A stretch of DNA of 64,000 nt from the NCBI GenBank assembly GCA_029259745.1, contig JAJDEO010000002.1, positions 53,787-117,786 on the forward strand. The letters run 5' to 3'. Position numbers and translations under genes: made by a program. Below, piece by piece: positions 17,812-27,508 of the stretch. This DNA is from Planctomycetota bacterium (GTDB lineage Bacteria; Planctomycetota; B15-G4). How positions within the stretch are numbered: the first letter of the stretch is position 1; each line of letters opens with the position of its first letter. Below the pieces are notes generated by a model. That model searched no databases. It worked only from the letters and a program-made list of their open reading frames with translations, and was not told where the DNA came from.

Positions 17812-20574
17812 TCAGCGGGCCTTGGCGCGGGCCGAACGCTCTTCGAGCATGCGCAGCACCGGTGCCGCCACGAACATCGACGAGTAGGTTCCGACGACCA
17901 CGCCGATCATCATCGCGAAGGAGAAACCCTCGAGGACGTTCTGCTTGCCGAGGTTGAAGACGAAGATGACCACGAGCGCGATGAACGTCGTGAGTGACGT
18001 CAGCAGCGTGCGCGCGAGCGTCTGGTTGATCGAGATGTTCAGCACCTCGCCGAGCGGCTTCTTGAGGCGCGGGATGTTCTCACGGACGCGGTCGAACAGC
18101 ACGATCGTGTCGTTCAGCGAGTAGCCGATGATCGTCAGGAAGGCCGCGATCATCGCGAGGTCGATCTCCACGTCGACGATGCCGAGGTAGTGCACGGCCG
18201 AGACCACGCCGAGCGCGATGATGACGTCGTGCGCGAGGGCGGCGATCGCTGCGTAGCCGTAGCTGTACTCGCTGAAGCGGACGCGGATGTAGAGGACGAT
18301 CGCGATGAACGAGAGCAGGATGGCGCGAATGGCCGAGTCGCGCAGCTCCGTGCCCACCTTGCCGCCGATCGTCGACGACTCGAGGAACGGCTCACTGAGC
18401 TTCGGGACACCGGCGGCCTCGCGCAACGACGTGCTGAGCGTCTGCACGACGAACTGCTCCGTGATGCCGACGCGCGGCACCGAGCCCGTCACCGTGACGG
18501 CCTTCGGGCCGGCCTGCTCGACGATGAGATCGCCGAAGGCACCACCGAGCGCCTTGCTGACGGCGTCCGGCTTGACCGGGTCGAGGAAGTGAGCCGTGGC
18601 CGCGATCGACGTCACCTGCGTGGCTTCGTTCGGCGAGACGCTCACGTCCGTGGCGAAGTCGGAGAGGATCATCGACCCCAGGGCGCGCTTGAGCGGCAGC
18701 TCGTAGCGCTCTTGCAGGTCGACGTCTTCGTTGACCTCACCCTCGTCGCCCGTCGCCTTGATCTTCACGACGAACTGCGTGGTCTTGCCTGACTCCGACT
18801 TGCCGTCGGACACCGAGATGATCTGGGCGCCCGGGAAGACTGTGTCGACGGCTCCCTTCACCTGGGGCTGACTGGCCGCCTCGGCGAGCACGATCTGGCC
18901 CTTGTAGCCGCCGCGGAAGTCGAGGCCGTACTTGTCGTCGTCACTGACCGTGAAGGCGATGATCGAAAGGACGATCGCGAAGACCGAAACGCGCGTCGCC
19001 ATGCGCGTCTTCGACATGAACGCGATGTTCGTGTCGGACGAGATGAGGCGTCCCATCGTGGCCGAGGCCAGCTTGCCCTTCGAGAGGACGAGGTCGTAGA
19101 GCGAGCGACCGATGACGAGCACCGAGAAGACCGACGTCAAGATGCCGATCATGAGCACGACGGAGAAGCCGCGCACCGGGCCGGTGCCGACCTTGTAGAG
19201 GATGAAGGCCGTGACGAACGTCGTGATGTTGGCGTCGAGAATCGTCGAGAAGGCCTTGTCGAAGCCGAGCTTGACGGCCTGCTCGAGGCTCTTGCTGCGG
19301 TCGGCTTCCTCACGGAGACGTTCGAACACGAGGATGTTCGCGTCCACCGCCATGCCGAGCGTCAGCACCAAACCGGCCAGGCCCGGCAGCGTGATCGTGG
19401 CCTTGATGGCCATGAGGATCGCCGTGAGCATCAACAGGTTGAGCAGCAGCGTCACGACGGCGATGACGCCGTGGATGCGGTAGTAGACGAGCATGAACAG
19501 GATGATCGCGATGAGCGCTGCGATCGATGCGTTGTAGCCCGCCGTGATCGAGGCCTCGCCGAGCGACGGTCCGATCGTGTTCTCGAACAGCAGCTGCGGC
19601 TTCATCTGCAGGCTGCCCGACTTGACGATCGTGCGGTAGCCCTTGATCTCGTCCTGGCTGAAGCCGCCGTAGCGACCGGACTTGATGATGAAACTGTCGC
19701 GCAGGGGCTCGTTGATGGTGGCCGGGCTCTCGGCCACACGGCCGTCGAGCAGGATCGCCATCGGGTTGTTCACGCCCTCGGTCGTGAAGTCCTCGAAGTC
19801 GCCGGCGCGCGAGGGCTTCATCGAGATGCCGACGGCGCCCTGGTTGGTTTCGTCGAGCGTCGGGTAGGCGTCGAGGATGTCGGTGCCCGTGAAGATGCGG
19901 TTGGGCGAGGTCTCGAGCTTGACGAAGAGGTAGTCGTCGGCCGTCAGCTCGCTGCCCGCAGGAAGCGTGCCGCTCTCGTCGATGAGTTCGTCGAGCGCCT
20001 TGGGCGGTTGGCCTTCGGTGCGGCGGTTGTCGGCCAGCACGCGATCCGAGAACGGGATCCAACGATAGACGACGTCATCGAACGTCATGTCGAGCGAGGC
20101 GACGCTGATCTCGTTGGGCAGACGTCCGAAGTTCTCGGGGAGCGCCAGCAGCTCCGTGAGTCGATCGCGTTGCTCGCCGACGGAGACTCCGCGCGCCGGG
20201 TCGTCGACGTTCGCCATGCGCAGCTCGAGGTGACCGACACGCGAGACGAGGCTCTTGATCGTGTCGGCTTCCTCCTTCCCACGCCCAGGCAGCTCGATCA
20301 CGATCTCGTCCGTGCCCTGCCGTGTGATCGACATCTCGCGGATGCCGAACGTGTCGAGCCGACTGCGCAGCGTGTCGGTCGCGCTGTCCATGCGCGAGAT
20401 CTTCTGCTCTTCCGTTTCGCCCACGGCGCCCTCGGGCGCTTCGAGGCGGTAGCGCATCGTCACGCCACCCTGCAGGTCCAGACCGAGGACGGGCTCTTGC
20501 GAGACCACCGACCAGATCGAGAGACCGAGGATGATGACGATCCAGAAGAGACGCTTACCGAGACTGCCGTCCAT
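17812..20574 (-). CDS. secDF: Protein translocase subunit SecDF (fused SecD-SecF)
   Basis: 920-aa polytopic protein with a SecD periplasmic domain and two RND-like TM bundles. The second half carries SecF signatures. Confidence 0.85.
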   Translation of the reverse strand: MDGSLGKRLFWIVIILGLSIWSVVSQEPVLGLDLQGGVTMRYRLEAPEGAVGETEEQKISRMDSATDTLRSRLDTFGIREMSITRQGTDEIVIELPGRGKEEADTIKSLVSRVGHLELRMANVDDPARGVSVGEQRDRLTELLALPENFGRLPNEISVASLDMTFDDVVYRWIPFSDRVLADNRRTEGQPPKALDELIDESGTLPAGSELTADDYLFVKLETSPNRIFTGTDILDAYPTLDETNQGAVGISMKPSRAGDFEDFTTEGVNNPMAILLDGRVAESPATINEPLRDSFIIKSGRYGGFSQDEIKGYRTIVKSGSLQMKPQLLFENTIGPSLGEASITAGYNASIAALIAIILFMLVYYRIHGVIAVVTLLLNLLMLTAILMAIKATITLPGLAGLVLTLGMAVDANILVFERLREEADRSKSLEQAVKLGFDKAFSTILDANITTFVTAFILYKVGTGPVRGFSVVLMIGILTSVFSVLVIGRSLYDLVLSKGKLASATMGRLISSDTNIAFMSKTRMATRVSVFAIVLSIIAFTVSDDDKYGLDFRGGYKGQIVLAEAASQPQVKGAVDTVFPGAQIISVSDGKSESGKTTQFVVKIKATGDEGEVNEDVDLQERYELPLKRALGSMILSDFATDVSVSPNEATQVTSIAATAHFLDPVKPDAVSKALGGAFGDLIVEQAGPKAVTVTGSVPRVGITEQFVVQTLSTSLREAAGVPKLSEPFLESSTIGGKVGTELRDSAIRAILLSFIAIVLYIRVRFSEYSYGYAAIAALAHDVIIALGVVSAVHYLGIVDVEIDLAMIAAFLTIIGYSLNDTIVLFDRVRENIPRLKKPLGEVLNISINQTLARTLLTSLTTFIALVVIFVFNLGKQNVLEGFSFAMMIGVVVGTYSSMFVAAPVLRMLEERSARAKAR

Positions 20575-20690
20575 GGTCGAATGCCGTGGGAATGGGTGCG
20601 GAACCGCGGTCAGTCAGACGCGCGGCGGAGACCCGACACGAACGTGCCGGGCATGAGCAATGCAGGAGACGCGGGCGAGGTGCCCCCGTG

Positions 20691-21206
20691 TCATTCGTCG
20701 GCGGTGCCTGCCGCCACCTTCTCGGCCTCGGCAGCTGCCGCTGCTTCTGCCGCCACCTTCTCGGCTGCGACAGCTTCAGCGGCGGCCTTCTCCTCGGCCT
20801 TGCGGGCCTTGGTCTCGGCGGCTGCGATGTCGGCGAGCTCGCGAGCACCACCGACCTTCTCCGAGATGCGCGCGGCCTTACCGCTCTTCGTGCGGAGGTC
20901 GTAGAGCTTCGCGCGACGCACGTCGCCACGACGAAGGATCTCGATCTCCTTGACGAGCGGCGAGCCGTAGGGGAAGACACGCTCGACACCCTCACCCTGC
21001 ACGACGCGGCGCACGGTGAAGGCCTTGCCGGCGCCCTGTCCCTTGATCGCGATGACGTCGCCGATGAAGTTCTGGATGCGCGTCTTGTCCTTGTCCTTGC
21101 CCGAGCCTTCACGGATCAGGACGGCCACGGAAACGTGGTCGCCGACCTTGAAGGACGATCGCTTGGGGACGGACGTGTTGTCGATATGGCTGACGGGGGT
21201 GCTCAT
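20691..21206 (-). CDS. rplS: 50S ribosomal protein L19 with an Ala/Glu/Lys-rich C-terminal extension
   Basis: FKVGDHVSV..RIQNFIGDVIAIKG..FTVRRVVQGEGVERVFPYGSPLVKEIEILRRGDVRRAKLYDLR. The start was refined to the internal ATG preceded by GAGGA; the track ORF 20691..21362 has an N-terminal overhang. Confidence 0.9.
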   Translation of the reverse strand: MSTPVSHIDNTSVPKRSSFKVGDHVSVAVLIREGSGKDKDKTRIQNFIGDVIAIKGQGAGKAFTVRRVVQGEGVERVFPYGSPLVKEIEILRRGDVRRAKLYDLRTKSGKAARISEKVGGARELADIAAAETKARKAEEKAAAEAVAAEKVAAEAAAAAEAEKVAAGTADE

Positions 21207-21231
21207 CGTGAATCCTCGAGGCAAGTGCGCG

Positions 21232-21918
21232 TTACGTGTGCGCCTTGCGATGCGCTTTCCAAAGGGCGGTCCGACGCTCGGCCTGCTGGCGGCGCCACGC
21301 CTCGATGTCGGAGTGATGACCGCTGAGCAAGATGTCCGGGACGGTACTCCCCCGGAACTCATACGGTCGCGTGTAGTGCGGGTAGTCGAGCTGACCCGAC
21401 GTGAAGCTGTCTTGTTGTGCCGACTCGTCGTGGCCGAGCACGTTGGGGATCAAGCGTGTGGATGCTTCGATCATCGCCATCGCGGGGATCTCACCGCCCG
21501 ACAGCACGAAGTCGCCCAACGAGATCTCGCGCCAGTCGAAGCCGTCGTGGATGCGCTGGTCGAAACCTTCGTAGCGCCCGCAGAGCACGAGCCACTCGGG
21601 CTCCTCGCTCAGTTCGGCCGCGATGTTCTGGTCGAAGCGCTCGCCGGTGGGCGTGAGCAGCAGCTTCGGCATCGTGGGGCGGCCCGCGTCGGCGAGCACT
21701 CGTTCGACGGTCTCGAAGACCGGCTCGGGTTTGATCACCATGCCGGGGCCACCGCCGTAGGGGCGGTCGTCGACGGTGTTGTGACGATCCGTCGTGGCCT
21801 CGCGGTAGTCATGCAACTCCACCTCCAGCAGCCCCTTCGCGCGGGCGATGCCCACGATGCTCTCGTCGAGAAAGCTCTCGAAAAGGCGCGGGAACAAGGA
21901 AAGGACGTGGACCTTCAC
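21232..21918 (-). CDS. trmD: tRNA (guanine37-N1)-methyltransferase TrmD
   Basis: SPOUT-fold TrmD motifs (GGGPGMV, LLLTPTGERF, VLCGRYEGFDQR, SLGDFVLSGGE). Conserved trmD-rplS order. Confidence 0.9.
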   Translation of the reverse strand: MKVHVLSLFPRLFESFLDESIVGIARAKGLLEVELHDYREATTDRHNTVDDRPYGGGPGMVIKPEPVFETVERVLADAGRPTMPKLLLTPTGERFDQNIAAELSEEPEWLVLCGRYEGFDQRIHDGFDWREISLGDFVLSGGEIPAMAMIEASTRLIPNVLGHDESAQQDSFTSGQLDYPHYTRPYEFRGSTVPDILLSGHHSDIEAWRRQQAERRTALWKAHRKAHT

Positions 21919-22110
21919 GACGACACTCGGGCGGCAAGCCGAAACGGATGATGGGACGCAACGGCGGCCTCGCTCCCCGTGGAAACGACCTCGGGGGCAC
22001 AGCGCGACGAACGTCCTTTGGCACTGGAAATCGAACCGACTAGTGTAAACCCCTGCTCATGCGGGTCAAGAAGGCCCGGAGCAGCGTCTTTTCCAAGCCG
22101 GAGGCCGGAC

Positions 22111-22752
22111 GTGTTCACCGGGATCATCGAGAACCCCTGCCCGCTCGTCGAGACGCGCGAGCTCGAGGGCCGCCGCCGGCTCATCGTCGACCTGGCACCG
22201 ATCCGGGCCTACGACGCGGGGCCGGCCGAGCGCCCGCTCGCGGCCTTGGGTGACAGCATCGCGATCAACGGCTGCTGCCTCACGGTGGTGGCTCTGACGG
22301 GGGATCAGGCCAGTTTTGACGTGATCCCCGAAACGCTCGAGCTCACGTCACTGGGCGGGTTGAAGGTCGGCACGCGCGTGAACGTCGAGCGGGCGATGGC
22401 CTTCGGTGACCGCATCGACGGGCACCTCGTCCAGGGCCACATCGAGGGCACGGGCACCGTGATCGTGTCCGAGGACCAGGGCGGACAGTGGTGGCTGAGC
22501 GTGGATTGTGGCAAAGATTTCGCGGCGCGGACGCTCCACAAGGGTTCCGTCACCCTCGACGGCGTGAGTCTGACGGTGGCCGAACTGACGGCCGACAGCG
22601 TCGCCGTCGCCCTCGTCCCGCATACCCTCGAGCGGACAGTGCTCGGGGAGCGTCGGGTGGGTGATCGGGTGAATCTCGAGGCCGATCTGATCGGTGGCTG
22701 GGTCCGGCGGACGGTTGAGGGCATGGGGTTGGAGATTCGTCGGGGGACGTGA
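22111..22752 (+). CDS. Riboflavin synthase (alpha subunit)
   Basis: (M/V)FTGIIE N-terminus with two lumazine-binding repeats (AINGCCLTVV.., SVTLDGVSLTVAEL). GTG start preceded by GGAGG. The track ORF starts earlier at 21979. Confidence 0.85.
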   Translation: MFTGIIENPCPLVETRELEGRRRLIVDLAPIRAYDAGPAERPLAALGDSIAINGCCLTVVALTGDQASFDVIPETLELTSLGGLKVGTRVNVERAMAFGDRIDGHLVQGHIEGTGTVIVSEDQGGQWWLSVDCGKDFAARTLHKGSVTLDGVSLTVAELTADSVAVALVPHTLERTVLGERRVGDRVNLEADLIGGWVRRTVEGMGLEIRRGT

Positions 22753-23145
22753 GGGGTGGTTGTCCGCCGGCGGCGGTCGACGGGGACATCGTTGCTCAGG
22801 CACGCCTCGTGGCGTCGGTGGGATCTCGGGACGGTGGTGAGGGCGGCGTGAAGTCGCTGCCGATGTCCCCGTCGACCGCCGCCGGCTCGGTGGGCGTGAG
22901 TCGTGGCGTGCCCGCGACGGAGTCGGGGGTGTGGTGGAGGTGGTGCTCGGGGCGGAGGTTCGGTCGTCGTGCGCTGGAGCGCGCGTGGAGTCGATGATCC
23001 TCGGGGACGGGCGGTGCCGGGCGGGCGCGCTGCGCTGGGGGGCTCGTTCGTGGGCGTCTCGTTCGCGCGACTGAGTTGTTGAGCTCGTTCGCTTGGCGAG
23101 CGAGGATCGGATGGTCATCCGTTCGCACTCATTCGAGGATTCGCC

Positions 23146-23535
23146 ATGCTTGACCGTTTGCTCGCTCCGCACGCGTCACGCGCCTACATGGCTTTGCGCA
23201 TCGTGTCGGGCTTGTTGTTTGCGTTTCATGGTGTGCAGAAGATCTTCGGCGTGTTCGGCGGGACGTCGCCTGACGTCGGATCGCAGCTTTGGATCGGTGG
23301 GCTGATCGAGCTGGTGACTGGGCTGCTCATCGCTCTTGGCATCGGGACGCGCGTGGCTGCGTTCCTGGCGAGCGGGACCATGGCCGTGGCCTACTTCCAG
23401 TTCCATTGGAAGTTCCAGTTTGACGACAACTTCTTTCCGGCCGTCAACGGCGGTGAACTCGCGGTCGTCTACTGCTTCGTGTTCCTCTACATCGCATGTC
23501 GCGGAGCTGGCGCGGGGAGTGCCCGGGCGACGTGA
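23146..23535 (+). CDS. DoxX family membrane protein
   Basis: LRIVSGLLFAFHGVQKIFG DoxX signature; small four-TM protein. Confidence 0.7.
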   Translation: MLDRLLAPHASRAYMALRIVSGLLFAFHGVQKIFGVFGGTSPDVGSQLWIGGLIELVTGLLIALGIGTRVAAFLASGTMAVAYFQFHWKFQFDDNFFPAVNGGELAVVYCFVFLYIACRGAGAGSARAT

Positions 23536-23667
23536 TCGTCGGGACACGCTCGAAGCGCGACGAGCGTGGGTGAGCGGGCTGGTCGAGCGCGCCGCGCGGG
23601 CGACCGACGCACGCGGGGCAATCGGGATTGTCGGGGAGGATGTTGGCTGACGCCGGACGGCAGAGCG

Positions 23668-24567
23668 TCAGCCGAACGTCTCACGCACGCCGTCGAGCGC
23701 CGTGCGTGGATCGTAGCCCAGATCCCGCATCGCGTCGGTGTTGTCGACGACGTGGTCGCCGTGGCGGTGGAACTGCACGATGCGCTGGATGCCGCACTTG
23801 TTGACCAGCGCCAGCGCGCTGCCGGCGAGACCGAGCAGACCCAGCGGCAGCGTTACGAACTTGGCCTTGCCACCCGAGGCGTCACGCACGGCGCGGCGGT
23901 AGTCGTGCACGGAGATGCCGTCGCGACTGCCCAGGCGGTAGCGCTTGCCGACGACGCCGTCGCGCTCGCAGGCCGCGATGAGCGCGTGGGCCACGTCGTC
24001 GACGTGCACGGGCGAGATGCGCGCCGCGCCGCCGCCGGGCAGCGGATGGATCCCCGACTGCAGCGACGCGACGAGCGCCGGCGTTGTCCCGCCGTCGTCC
24101 GGGCCGTAGATCAGCGTGGGTCGCATGATGACGACGGGCACGTCGCCCTGGGCCTCGAGCAAGGCCTCGGCGGCTTCCTTCGAGCGGCTGTACTCCGTCG
24201 ACGGCGGGTCCTCGACGGCGAACGACGAGACGTAGACGAGCCGCGGGGGCGTGGGCAGCGCGCGGCAAGCCGCGAGCACCTCGGCCGTGCCACCGATGTT
24301 GACCGTGAGCAGGTCGGGGCGCCTGTGGTCGACCACCGCGGCGGCGTGGATGACGGCGTCGGGCGCCGCGTCGGCGAAGACGTCGACGAGCGAGTAGCCC
24401 TCGCACACGTCGCCCTTCACGAGCGTGGCCTTGGCGGCCAGCTCCGGCACGCGCCCGGGATCGCGACTCAGGATGGTGACGGCATGCCCCGCCGCGCGCG
24501 CGACGCGCAGCACGTGCTTGCCCAGGAAGCCGGTTCCGCCAGTGACGAGGATCTTCACGGCGGACAT
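23668..24567 (-). CDS. NAD-dependent epimerase/dehydratase (SDR family)
   Basis: MSAVKILVTGGTGFLGKHV Rossmann motif and YSRSK catalytic Y-x3-K. 299 aa. The track merges it into a 707-aa ORF. Confidence 0.8.
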   Translation of the reverse strand: MSAVKILVTGGTGFLGKHVLRVARAAGHAVTILSRDPGRVPELAAKATLVKGDVCEGYSLVDVFADAAPDAVIHAAAVVDHRRPDLLTVNIGGTAEVLAACRALPTPPRLVYVSSFAVEDPPSTEYSRSKEAAEALLEAQGDVPVVIMRPTLIYGPDDGGTTPALVASLQSGIHPLPGGGAARISPVHVDDVAHALIAACERDGVVGKRYRLGSRDGISVHDYRRAVRDASGGKAKFVTLPLGLLGLAGSALALVNKCGIQRIVQFHRHGDHVVDNTDAMRDLGYDPRTALDGVRETFG

Positions 24568-24618
24568 GTTAGCCTTCGCGCTCGTCGATCGAAGGTCATT
24601 GTCGTTGGCTGGAGCACC

Positions 24619-25806
24619 GTGCGCGTTCTCGAGGTCATGGAGTGCACCATCGGCGGCACGCGTCGACATCTGCGCGACGTCGTGCTGGGCATGCGCGCGC
24701 GCGGCGTGGAGGTCGATGTCGTCTGCGCGGCCGAGCGCGAGCCGAAGATGCGCGCCGATATGGAGCGCTTCGCGGCTGCCGGCGCCAGCGTCCATGAGAT
24801 CCCCATGGTGCGGCGCATCTCGCCGGCCACCGACTTCCGCCACGCCCTGCGCATGCTGCCGCGCATTCTCGACCGCCGGCTCGATGTCGTCCACACGCAC
24901 TCGAGCAAGGCCGGCGCGCTCGGGCGCGGAGTCGCGACCTGCATCTCGGGTGCCGCGCGCGTGCACACGCCGCACACCTTCGCGGCGGCCTTCGACGGCA
25001 AGGGGCAGGGCGGCGAGGAGATCGGCAACAAGAGCCTCGTGATCCGCACCGAGCAGCTGCTCGGGCGCGTCACCGACGCGATGATCCACGTCTCGGCCGA
25101 TGAGCTCGAGCAGGGCCAGACGTTCGGCGTGATCGCCCGGCCGCGCGCGCATGTCGTCCACAACGGGATCGACCCCGCGCCGTTCGAGGCGCCGGGGGAC
25201 GACGAGGCGCGCGCCTTCCGCACGCAGCTCGGGATTCCGCTCGGGGCGCCGCTCGTCGGCACGGTCGGGCTGCTGAATGACGCCAAGGGCCACGACCTGC
25301 TGCTCGAGGCCGTCGCCGGCATGGCCGACGACGTGCACGTGCTGATCGTCGGCCATGGTGAACTCGAGAGCACCTTGCGGGCCCAGGCCGAGACACTCGG
25401 TCTCGCAGCGCGTCTGCACATGCCGGGCTGGCTCGACGACGTCGCGGCCGGTTACCGCGCGCTCGATGTCTTCGCGCTGCCCTCGCGTTGGGAGGGGCTT
25501 TCCTACGCGCTGCTCGAGGCGATGGCGGCGGGGCGGGCCTGCGTGTCCACCGACGTCAACGGGTCGCGCGAGGCGCTCGTGGCAGAGCTCGACGACTGCG
25601 GTGCGGCGGGCGCGATCGTGCCCTGCGGGGAAGTCGACGCCCTGGCCGAGCAGCTCACGCGGCTGCTCGGCGACGAGTCGACGCGCGCGGCGATGGGAAC
25701 GGCGGCACGCGAGCGCGTGCATCGAGCGTTCACAGTGGACAGGATGGTGGAGCGCACGCTGGACGTCTTCGCGACGGCGGGCGCAGTCCACGAGGAGACG
25801 GCGTGA
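24619..25806 (+). CDS. Glycosyltransferase family 4 (GT-B, RfaB-like)
   Basis: IGGTRRHL..RG.EV N-domain and C-terminal E-X7-E region FALPSRWEGLSYALLEAMAAGRACVSTDV. Start is ambiguous (GTG 24619 or ATG 24637). The track ORF 23566..25806 carries an antisense overhang across the epimerase gene. Confidence 0.75.
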   Translation: MRVLEVMECTIGGTRRHLRDVVLGMRARGVEVDVVCAAEREPKMRADMERFAAAGASVHEIPMVRRISPATDFRHALRMLPRILDRRLDVVHTHSSKAGALGRGVATCISGAARVHTPHTFAAAFDGKGQGGEEIGNKSLVIRTEQLLGRVTDAMIHVSADELEQGQTFGVIARPRAHVVHNGIDPAPFEAPGDDEARAFRTQLGIPLGAPLVGTVGLLNDAKGHDLLLEAVAGMADDVHVLIVGHGELESTLRAQAETLGLAARLHMPGWLDDVAAGYRALDVFALPSRWEGLSYALLEAMAAGRACVSTDVNGSREALVAELDDCGAAGAIVPCGEVDALAEQLTRLLGDESTRAAMGTAARERVHRAFTVDRMVERTLDVFATAGAVHEETA

Positions 25807-26915
25807 AGATCCAGCACCTCATCACCACGCTCGGCGTCGGCGGCGCCGAGAAGCACCTGCTGCTGCTGACGGCCGGACAGGTCGCGCGCGGACACGAAGT
25901 CTCCGTGCTCTACTTCAAGGGCGAGGGCGAGCTGCGCGAGGAGTTCGAGCGCGTCGGCGTCTCGGTCGCCCACCTGCCCATGGCGACCGTGTCGTCGCTG
26001 CCGCGCACCCGCCGCGCGCTCACCGAAGTGCTGCGCGTCAGTGCGCCCGACATCGTCCACACGCACCTGCTCAAGGCCGACGCTCTCGGGGCGATGGCCG
26101 TGCCGAGACTCGGCCGCGCTGCGCCGCCGCTCATCGCGAGCAAGCACAACGACGAACGCGCGCTGCTGCGCTGGCCCGTGTCCGTGATCCACGGGCTGCT
26201 GTCGAAACGCGTGGCGCGCACGATCGCGCTCAGCAAGCACGTCGAGCAGTTCGTCATCCGCCACGGGCGCGTTCCGGCCGACGCGATCACGCAGATCTAC
26301 TACGGTATCGACCCGACGTCGATGCGCCCGACGCGTGAGCGCGCCGAGGTCCGCGCCGAGATCGGCGTCGCGGCGGACGCGCGCGTGCTCGTCTGCGTCG
26401 GACGCCTGGCTCCGCAAAAAGACCACCCGACGCTGCTGCGCGCCATGACGTCGCTGCCCGACGACGTCGTGCTCCTGCTCGTCGGTGGCGATCCCTTCGG
26501 TCAAGGCGAAGAACAGCTCCGACGCCTGGCCGGTGAGCTGGGCCTGGGCGAGCGCGTGCGCTTCCTCGGCATCCGCTCGGATGTTCCCGATCTGCTCGGT
26601 GCCTCGGATCTCTTCGTGCTCCCGTCCCTCTGGGAAGGGCTCGGACTCGTCTTCCTCGAGGCCATGGCCGCAGCGCTGCCGATCGTCGCGACCACGGTCT
26701 CGGCGATCCCCGAAGTCGTGGAGGACGGTGAGTCGGGCTGGCTCGTCGCCCCGTCCGACCCCGACGCTCTCGCGGCGGCGATCACGACGGCACTCGACGA
26801 CCCCGACGAGCGCCGCCGACGCGGGCAGGCCGGTGCTGCACGCCTCGCCGAGCGCTTCGGCCTCGACCGCATGATCGACGAGACGTTGGCCGTCTATGAA
26901 GCAGCCCGATCGTGA
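25803..26915 (+). CDS. Glycosyltransferase family 4 (second copy)
   Basis: KIQHLITTLGVGGAEKHL and C-terminal FVLPSLWEGLGLVFLEAMAAALPIVATTV. GTG start overlaps the previous stop. Confidence 0.75.
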   Translation: MKIQHLITTLGVGGAEKHLLLLTAGQVARGHEVSVLYFKGEGELREEFERVGVSVAHLPMATVSSLPRTRRALTEVLRVSAPDIVHTHLLKADALGAMAVPRLGRAAPPLIASKHNDERALLRWPVSVIHGLLSKRVARTIALSKHVEQFVIRHGRVPADAITQIYYGIDPTSMRPTRERAEVRAEIGVAADARVLVCVGRLAPQKDHPTLLRAMTSLPDDVVLLLVGGDPFGQGEEQLRRLAGELGLGERVRFLGIRSDVPDLLGASDLFVLPSLWEGLGLVFLEAMAAALPIVATTVSAIPEVVEDGESGWLVAPSDPDALAAAITTALDDPDERRRRGQAGAARLAERFGLDRMIDETLAVYEAARS

Positions 26916-27427
26916 GCGCCTGGGAGCGGGCACGCGCCGCCCTCGGTCCGCGACCGAGCCGCGTGACGGTGCTGTGCACGGGCAACATCTGTCGCTCGCC
27001 GATCGCCGAGGTGCTCTTGAGTGAACGCCTCGCCGATCTCGGCGTCACGGATGTCGAAGTCGGCTCGGCCGGAACCCATGCGCTCGTCGGCTCGGGGGCC
27101 ATGCCCGAGGCTGTCGCGGCGGCTCATGAGCACGGCGGCGACGCGTCGCAGCATGTCGCGAGCCAGCTCGATGAGTCTGTGGCGGCGGCATCAGGGCTGC
27201 TGCTCTGCGCCACCGAAGGCCACCGCGGCTACGTGCTCGCGCACTTCGGCCACCTCGACGCGGCCCGCGCGCGATTGTTCAACGAGCCGATCGACGACGG
27301 TGACATGCCGCTCGACGTCGACGACCCCTACGGCCTCGACGGTGACGTCTATCGTCTCGTCGGCAACGTCATCGCGCGTGCGATGGAGGCCTGGGCCGAG
27401 CGCATCGCCAAGTGGCCGCCGGCTTGA
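26912..27427 (+). CDS. Low-molecular-weight protein-tyrosine phosphatase
   Basis: P-loop VLCTGNICRSP (C-X5-R) and DDPYG aspartate motif. ATGA overlap with the upstream glycosyltransferase. Confidence 0.8.
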   Translation: MSAWERARAALGPRPSRVTVLCTGNICRSPIAEVLLSERLADLGVTDVEVGSAGTHALVGSGAMPEAVAAAHEHGGDASQHVASQLDESVAAASGLLLCATEGHRGYVLAHFGHLDAARARLFNEPIDDGDMPLDVDDPYGLDGDVYRLVGNVIARAMEAWAERIAKWPPA

Positions 27428-27433
27428 CGGCCT

Positions 27434-27502
27434 GTCGAAGAACTGTTCCGAGTGCGACGGGCGTGCTCGGGTGCGTGCGACGCGCCGGATGACTTCTTCA
27501 AC
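27434..27502. repeat. REP-like imperfect palindromic element (locus B of the repeat family)
   Basis: gtcgaagaactgttccgagtg ... ctcgggtgcgtgcgacgcgccggatgacttcttcaac. The two arms are partly reverse-complementary (gaagaa/ttcttc). It fills the convergent gap between the phosphatase and the EamA transporter. Confidence 0.7.
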
Positions 27503-27508
27503 ACGCTG

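Noticed and set aside
23566-24618. N-terminal 350 aa of the 746-aa plus-strand track ORF
   Set aside because: It is antisense to a well-supported SDR epimerase gene. Glycosyltransferase homology begins only near 24619-24637.
25503-26933. 476-aa minus-strand ORF antisense to the second glycosyltransferase
   Set aside because: There is no domain signal, and it lies opposite a gene with clear GT4 motifs and operon overlaps.
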